This document shows positions 7,714 through 13,700 of a stretch of DNA of 16,002 nt, in pieces. Where the stretch lies: the NCBI GenBank assembly GCA_040904565.1, contig JBBDTI010000051.1, positions 14,314 through 30,315 on the forward strand. Direction: 5' to 3'. The notes under the pieces are model-generated. The model did not search any database. It saw nothing but the letters and a program-made list of their open reading frames with translations, and had not been told where the DNA came from. The position numbers and the translations under genes were made by a program. The DNA comes from Rhodothermales bacterium. Its GTDB lineage: Bacteria; Bacteroidota; Rhodothermia; Rhodothermales; VXPQ01. Every line of letters begins with the position of its first letter. The stretch's first letter is position 1.

Positions 7714-8826
7714 CTATTCGTTGCTGGATGCCGTCTGCGAAGGGTTCTCCGTGCGGCTGCGGGTGGTGTCGGCGGACATCTCGACGCCCGCATCCTGGAG
7801 CCGGGCCTCAAGGGCCTCGAGCTGCCGCTGCCATTCGAGCAGTTCGCGCCGCTGGCGCTGCAGCTCCTGGAACGATTGCGCGAGCGCGCGTTCACGCTCC
7901 TCGAATGGCGCCTTCTCCATGTACCCCCGCTCCTCGAAGTAGCGCTTGAAGAGCCAGTTGTGCTTGGCCGCCTCCATCAGCTCCGCGAAGCGGAACGAGC
8001 CGAGCGCGCCCCAGTTGGCGGCGTTCTCGGCGCTGCTCGTGATGCCCCGCAGGTCCGCGGAGATGCCCTGCAGCGTGTCGGCCGTGGCGAGGAGCGTGTT
8101 GTAGACGGCGGGGTCGTTCAGCATCATCGCGAACGTGCCCTCGCCCTGGTCGATCTTGTTGAGGATCGAATTGACTCCTTCCGTGGCGTTCCCGGCGAGT
8201 TCGACCAGCGCCCCGGCATTGTCCGCCAGATTGTTCATCGTCTCCCGCGTAGAGTTGGTCGTCGCGACGAACTCGTCGTACAGCGATTCGTCGTACACCA
8301 GCCGCCCCAGCGTACCCTCCCCCGTCTGCACGTCGACCATGATCTGCTGGAACGTTGCCGCGGCCGAGTCGAACTGGGCCACCGTGCTGAGCATGCGGTC
8401 CGTAATTTCGTACAGGTCAAAGGGCTCGATGCCCGTGATGATGTCATTTTCTCCGACCGGATCCATGGCCAGCGCCAATGGCGGGTTGACGAGGACGACG
8501 ATCTGGCTACCCACGAGGCCGTCGGTCTTGATCTGCGCCTGGGTGTCTTCCGTGATCAGGTGCTGGGCATCCCGCTTGATCGCCATCGTAACCGTGATGC
8601 GCTCTCCGGGCCGCTCCGGAAGGGCCACGTTCTCCACGCGGCCGACGTTTACCCCCTGAAATTGCACCTGGGCGCCCGCGTTGAGCCCCGCCACACTGGC
8701 ATAGCGTGCGCGCAGGGGGAACGTGTCGCTGAACAGGAAGGACCTATTCGCGATCATGAAGAGCGCCAGCAGGAAGAGACTGATCCCGCCGATGACGATG
8801 ATGCCTACACGTGTCTGACGTGACAT
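7714..8826 (-). CDS. mlaD: MlaD/MCE family protein with long helical C-terminal extension, 370 aa
   Basis: N-terminal TM anchor (RVGIIVIGGISLFLLALFMI) and MCE motifs VAGLNAGAQVQFQGVNVGRV and AQIKTDGLVG. Followed by two GEGT-x-x-x-L-x-x-D repeats and a coiled-coil tail. Adjacent to mlaE and mlaF. Confidence 0.92.
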   Translation of the reverse strand: MSRQTRVGIIVIGGISLFLLALFMIANRSFLFSDTFPLRARYASVAGLNAGAQVQFQGVNVGRVENVALPERPGERITVTMAIKRDAQHLITEDTQAQIKTDGLVGSQIVVLVNPPLALAMDPVGENDIITGIEPFDLYEITDRMLSTVAQFDSAAATFQQIMVDVQTGEGTLGRLVYDESLYDEFVATTNSTRETMNNLADNAGALVELAGNATEGVNSILNKIDQGEGTFAMMLNDPAVYNTLLATADTLQGISADLRGITSSAENAANWGALGSFRFAELMEAAKHNWLFKRYFEERGYMEKAPFEERERALAQSFQELQRQRRELLEWQRQLEALEARLQDAGVEMSADTTRSRTENPSQTASSNE

Positions 8827-8956
8827 GCGAACGAGAGGGATGCTTCAATAGACGACGATAGACGACAGTAGCACTCGGGCGTCACGAAAACCCGATCCGA
8901 TGGAGTGGACGCCGGGTTCTCTCGAAATCCGCTCGTGTGCCCGGTGTAAAGGAATC

Positions 8957-8985
8957 ATTATAACCAACCGTCCGGCAGATAAGAA
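8957..8985 (-). promoter_or_regulatory. Putative sigma70 promoter internal to the cluster, upstream of mlaD
   Basis: Minus strand TTCTTA-N17-TATAAT. The -10 is a perfect match at 8962..8957, in a 196-bp intergenic gap of a GC-rich genome. The -35 matches only 3/6. Confidence 0.55.
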
Positions 8986-9022
8986 GTTGCGAGGGGCGAG
9001 GCCCGCAGGGGGAGGGATCCGC

Positions 9023-9799
9023 TCAGCCTCGGCCGAAAAACTCGGCGACGTCCGGATGGTCGGACGCGGCCACCTCGTCCAGCGTACCGCTTTCGACGAT
9101 TTCGCCGTGGAGCAGGAAATGCACCTTATCGGCAACGATCTCGGCACAGAGCAGATCGTGCGTGATGGCGATCGATGTGATCTCGCGTTCGTCGCGGAGG
9201 CGGACGATCAGATTCGAAACCGTTCGAACGGAGATCGGGTCGAGTCCCGTCGTGGGCTCATCGTACAGCAGGATCTGCGGCTGTAGGATGATGGCCCGCG
9301 CCAGGCCGATCCGTTTTTTCTGCCCGCCGGAGAGTTCGGCCGGATAGGCGTCACGGGTATGGGCGAGATTGACCCAGCTCAGCGTTTCTTCGATGCGTTC
9401 CTCGCGGGCCTCTGGATCCAGATCCGTGTGGCGGTTCAGGTAAAACGCGAGTTGTTCGTTGACGGTCATCGAGTCGAACAGGGCGCCGCCCTGGAAAAGG
9501 TAGCCGATGGAAAGCCGGACGTCGTCGAGTTCGTCGCCTCGCAGCGTATCCATGCGATGCCCCTTCACCCACACTTCGCCTCGGTCGGGCTGGAGGAGCT
9601 GGACGACGTGCTTGATGAGCACGCTCTTGCCGGAGCCCGAGCCGCCCATTACCACGGACGATTCCCCCCGTTCGACGCTCATGGAGATGCCTTTCAGGAC
9701 GTCCAGGTCACCGAAGCTCTTGTATACGTCGCGGAGCTCGATGAGCGTGTCGTCCGGCGGGGGCGTTCGTTCCGGCGAAGTCGTTTTGGTCGCTTCCAT
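9023..9799 (-). CDS. mlaF: MlaF/Mkl-family ABC transporter ATP-binding protein, 258 aa
   Basis: Walker A GGSGSGKS, Q-loop FQGGALFDSMTV, signature PAELSGGQKKR, Walker B ILLYDEPTTGLDP and H-loop ITHD. Lies between mlaE and mlaD. Confidence 0.95.
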   Translation of the reverse strand: MEATKTTSPERTPPPDDTLIELRDVYKSFGDLDVLKGISMSVERGESSVVMGGSGSGKSVLIKHVVQLLQPDRGEVWVKGHRMDTLRGDELDDVRLSIGYLFQGGALFDSMTVNEQLAFYLNRHTDLDPEAREERIEETLSWVNLAHTRDAYPAELSGGQKKRIGLARAIILQPQILLYDEPTTGLDPISVRTVSNLIVRLRDEREITSIAITHDLLCAEIVADKVHFLLHGEIVESGTLDEVAASDHPDVAEFFGRG

Positions 9800-9882
9800 G
9801 TGGTTGGAGGAATGAATGCGGCGTCGGTGTCGAGCGTCTGGATGGCGGGATCCGAATCGTACGCGTGGATCGCGGTAGTGAT

Positions 9883-10674
9883 CTAGCCTCCGATGTCGCC
9901 GAAGAACATGAGCGAGATGCGGACGATGAGCACGTCGGCCAGCAGGATCAGGAGGGACGATACCACGACGGAGTGCATCGCGGCACGGCCTACATCCCGG
10001 GTACCGCCGCGAACGCTGTAGCCCATGTAGCAGCTCACGATGCCGACGAGAAACCCGAAAATGCTCGTTTTCATCGTGTCGACGAGAATGTCGGAAAAAC
10101 GAAGCGAGGAGAACGCCACGTTGATGAAAACGCGGTAATCCATGTTGGTCGCCGCCAGTGACTCGAGATACCCACCCACCATGGCGATGACGTCCGTGCT
10201 GATGGTCAGGAGGGGAAACATCACGATGCAGGCCAGTACGCGCGTTACGACGAGGTAGTGATACGGCTTGAGGGCGGCAACCTCCAGCGCATCGATCTGC
10301 TCCGTCACCCGCATCGATCCGATCTCCGCCCCGATGCCTGCACCGAGCCGTCCGGCCAGAATGAGCGACGTGATGACGGGTCCTATTTCCTTAAAGACCG
10401 ACAGGGCGAGCATGTTGGGGAGTACGGCCTCCGCTCCGAAACGCGCGAGCGTGCCGCGGCTCTGCATGGCGAGAACGATACCGATGGCCATACCGGTCAC
10501 GGCTGTGAGCGGGAAGCTCTTCGTCCCAACCTCGTCCAGCTGGTTGATGAATTCCCGGACTTCGAACGGGCGCCGCCACACCCGCTTGAAGAAGGTCCCC
10601 ATAAACATGGCCATATCCCCGGTGCGCTCGAGCATGCCGAGGATGATGCTGTCGTTCGATTTCGTGTCGGCCAT
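9883..10674 (-). CDS. mlaE: MlaE family lipid ABC transporter permease, 263 aa
   Basis: Signature KEIGPVITSLILAGRLGAGIGAEIGSMRVTEQIDALEV and GGTRDVGRAAMHSVV. Confidence 0.96.
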   Translation of the reverse strand: MADTKSNDSIILGMLERTGDMAMFMGTFFKRVWRRPFEVREFINQLDEVGTKSFPLTAVTGMAIGIVLAMQSRGTLARFGAEAVLPNMLALSVFKEIGPVITSLILAGRLGAGIGAEIGSMRVTEQIDALEVAALKPYHYLVVTRVLACIVMFPLLTISTDVIAMVGGYLESLAATNMDYRVFINVAFSSLRFSDILVDTMKTSIFGFLVGIVSCYMGYSVRGGTRDVGRAAMHSVVVSSLLILLADVLIVRISLMFFGDIGG

Positions 10675-10774
10675 GTCGAAAGGTATGCCCGGAGGCGATC
10701 GGAGGAAGCGGATGAATGGACGGCGGGCCTATCCTTACTCGTGAACGGCGCGGAGTACGAGCCGGGACGGTCTT

Positions 10775-13700
10775 CTAATACGCATATTCGAACTGCAAAT
10801 TCAACCGCAGTGTTTGATTTTGCTGGGTCAGTCGGACGAGCAGCCAACGCTGGAGCTCATACTCGATCGTGAAGAGCGGTCGATTCGAAGACGATGCGTC
10901 GCCGGTCGTCTCATTTCCCGTTAGATTGATCGGCTGGCTGACGGATACGAACAACCGCGGCGAGACGTAGCTGCCGGCCGTAAGATACTCGCCTCCGGAT
11001 CGCTGCTCGAGGGTTACCACGTCGAGGCCGAGGCCGGATTCGGCGATGCCTTCCATAATGGCCGTGAGCTGCTGCAGGGCCAGGCCCGTACCGGTGCCCA
11101 GCAGCGTGCTGCCGGCCCCGCCCAGATAGAGATCCGAGCTCGCCGGCTGCCCCGTCGCGATGTACGAAACGATGTCCGTGTATTCCAGCGGAGGATCGGA
11201 CCCAAGCGTCAGATCGAGCTGCTCGCTCATGCGGCCCTCAATGCCGAGCGTGATGGTCACGCCCGGATCCTGACCGCGGAACGGACGGGCGACGTATTCC
11301 GCCTCGATATCTATTTGTGGATCCGTGGCGGGCCCATTGAAGGTGAGCGTTCCGCTCGCGATATCGAACCGCTTGCCGAACTGGATAATTCGACTTCGCT
11401 GCGGAACGACTTCGATCGTACCGAAGATAGCGGCGTCCTGGTAGTGCTCTTTCGATAGATCCAGGTTGCCCGAGAACTGGATGTCCATGATCGGGTTCAC
11501 GCGAGATCGAATCCACGTATTGCGTTCGATGGCCACGTTGAGGTCCATGGCCAGCGCGTCGTACAGGCTGAAGGTCGTCGTGTCGCCTTCGGTGACGTGC
11601 AGGCCGAAGCGGCGTTCTACGGTCTGAAGGTGTTCTTCCGTAAGCATGACCTGCTCCAGTTCCGTCGCCGTCGTCTCTTCCGTCATGAAAATCTCTCCGC
11701 TGGCGACCTCGATGCGTCCCTGCAGTACCGGTCGATCCGTCGTGCCGCTCAACTGCATATCACCGTCGACGACGAAGCGGTACTCGCTGTTCTGAATCGC
11801 CAGAAAGTCGCGCACGTTCAGGCTGACGTCGAACTCGCCGAGCGTCAGTTCGGTCAGATTGACGCTGCCGCTGCCTCGCGCCCGGCCGCGCCCGGATCGG
11901 ACGAGAAAATCCGTCACCTGTACGACGTTCTGCTGGAAATCGAACTCGGCCTGAATATCGCTGTAGGTGAGCCCCAGCTCGGTGAGCGCGAGGCTGCCCT
12001 CTGTAAAGGTCGCCGTCCCGAGGAGTTCGGGGGAGGCCATCGTACCGGTCACGCGCACGTTGCCCGCCAACCGTCCTTCGAAGTCGTCGATGGTAGCCGG
12101 GTCGAGAAAGGGCTCGATCCAGCCTACCGCAAACCTGTCGGCAACCAGCGTCAGGTTGACCGATTCATCTGCGAGAATGGCGGATTGTTCGCCATCGTCC
12201 GCGGCCGGATCGGTCAGTCGCGCGACCCGAAGGTCCGCGGGCACATATCCATCGACGTCGAGCGTCGATCCGTCTACGTGCGTGAGGACCGCGTCGACAT
12301 TCAGACGGAGGTCCGCGTAGTCGAGTCCAAGATCGAGGCGTCCGACCCTCGCTCCAAAAGATGCGATCTCGGCGCGGAGCGAGCCGTCCAGGGTGGGAGA
12401 AGCAGCCGGACCGGTCAGGACGAGTGACCCGTTCAGGACGCCGGAAAGTCCCTCGTAGCCAAGCAGGTCCGCTATGGCTCCGTAGCTCACGTTTTCGGCC
12501 GTGACGATGAAGTTCTGGTTTCCGGTCGGATCGATGATGCCGTCGATGGCCAGCTGGTCGTCGCCGGAATGGAGAAGCAACCCGCTGACGCGATATGCAT
12601 CTCCATAGGAGATGACGGCCTCCTGAAGCAGCTCCCACTCCCGGCCGTCGAGGGTCAGATTGACCGCTTCCAGGACGACGCGCCGGGCATCCGGGGATGG
12701 ATCCACGTAGCCGCGCAGGCTGCCGCTTCGTCCCTGTTCGATGAAGATGTCGCCGTCGAACCGGATGTCGTTCGGCCCATAGGTTAAGCGGAGATCCGCC
12801 CGGTTTACGAGGAACGCGGGAAGGGAGATGGCCACGAACGATCCCTCCATCTCTGCCATCGAGAGGCCGAGGTCCGGATCGATTTCACCGGCAACCGTAC
12901 CCTCGAACGCGGAGAAGCGGACGGTGTCGTAAATGAAATTCGTGAGGCTTCCCTCGGCGTCGAAACGCAGCGCTCCCGGCGGGCCGTAGACGCGCCCGAT
13001 GAAATGGCCTTCGTCGAGCTGCAGATTTTCGGCGGCGGCATATCGCCGAAGCGGACCCAGGTCGAATACGTCGGCAGAAAACTGAAAGTCGGAGGACGCC
13101 GTGGAATCCCAGAGGGCGATGCGGCCGCTCCCGGAGCCGTTAAGGAAGGCGGAACGGACGAGCAGCGAGTCGACGCGCAGCAGACCGCGATCGAGCGCGA
13201 AGGCTGCGTGCGCGTTTTCGACGGACGTACCTTCGACGATCGATGCATCCAGTGTACCTACGCCGCGTAACGCCATGGTCCCCGGATTCGTGCCGGAACC
13301 GTCGAGGTCGATCGTTCCCGTGAGGCGCGTGGTCGGCCCGTCGATACCCAAGAGGTCGGAGAGTGGAACGTTCGACAGCGAGCCGGCGATTCGATATTCC
13401 GGTTCCTCGGCGAAAAACCGTCCGCCGCCTTCGAGTTCGGCCGAGCCCTCTTCGAACCGCAGGTTGACGTCGATCTGTGCGTTACCGCCGGAAAGAGAAA
13501 CGTTCAGCGTGCCGTCTTGAAGGACGGCCGCCTGAATGACCGATCGGCTGAGCGTCAGCGTGCCTTCCGCTACGATGTCGTCGGGATCGAAGCCGCTCCC
13601 GGCGAGCGTGATGCTTCCAGCCAGGTCCGTCGTCCAGTCAGGCCGCCCGGCAAGCCGCCCGATGTCGATCCCTTCAAAGGTACCTCCCTCGATGGCGTAG

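Noticed and set aside
9806-9886. Plus-strand GGAGG followed by ATGs, giving 20-24 aa antisense mini-ORFs between mlaF and mlaE
   Set aside because: The GGAGG is simply the complement of the pyrimidine-rich mlaF leader, and there is no promoter or coding evidence.
1338-12638. Alternative-frame minus-strand ORFs (e.g. 1338..1871, 4636..5337, 8845..9147, 12165..12638)
   Set aside because: Arg/Pro/Ser-rich off-frame translations overlapping real genes.
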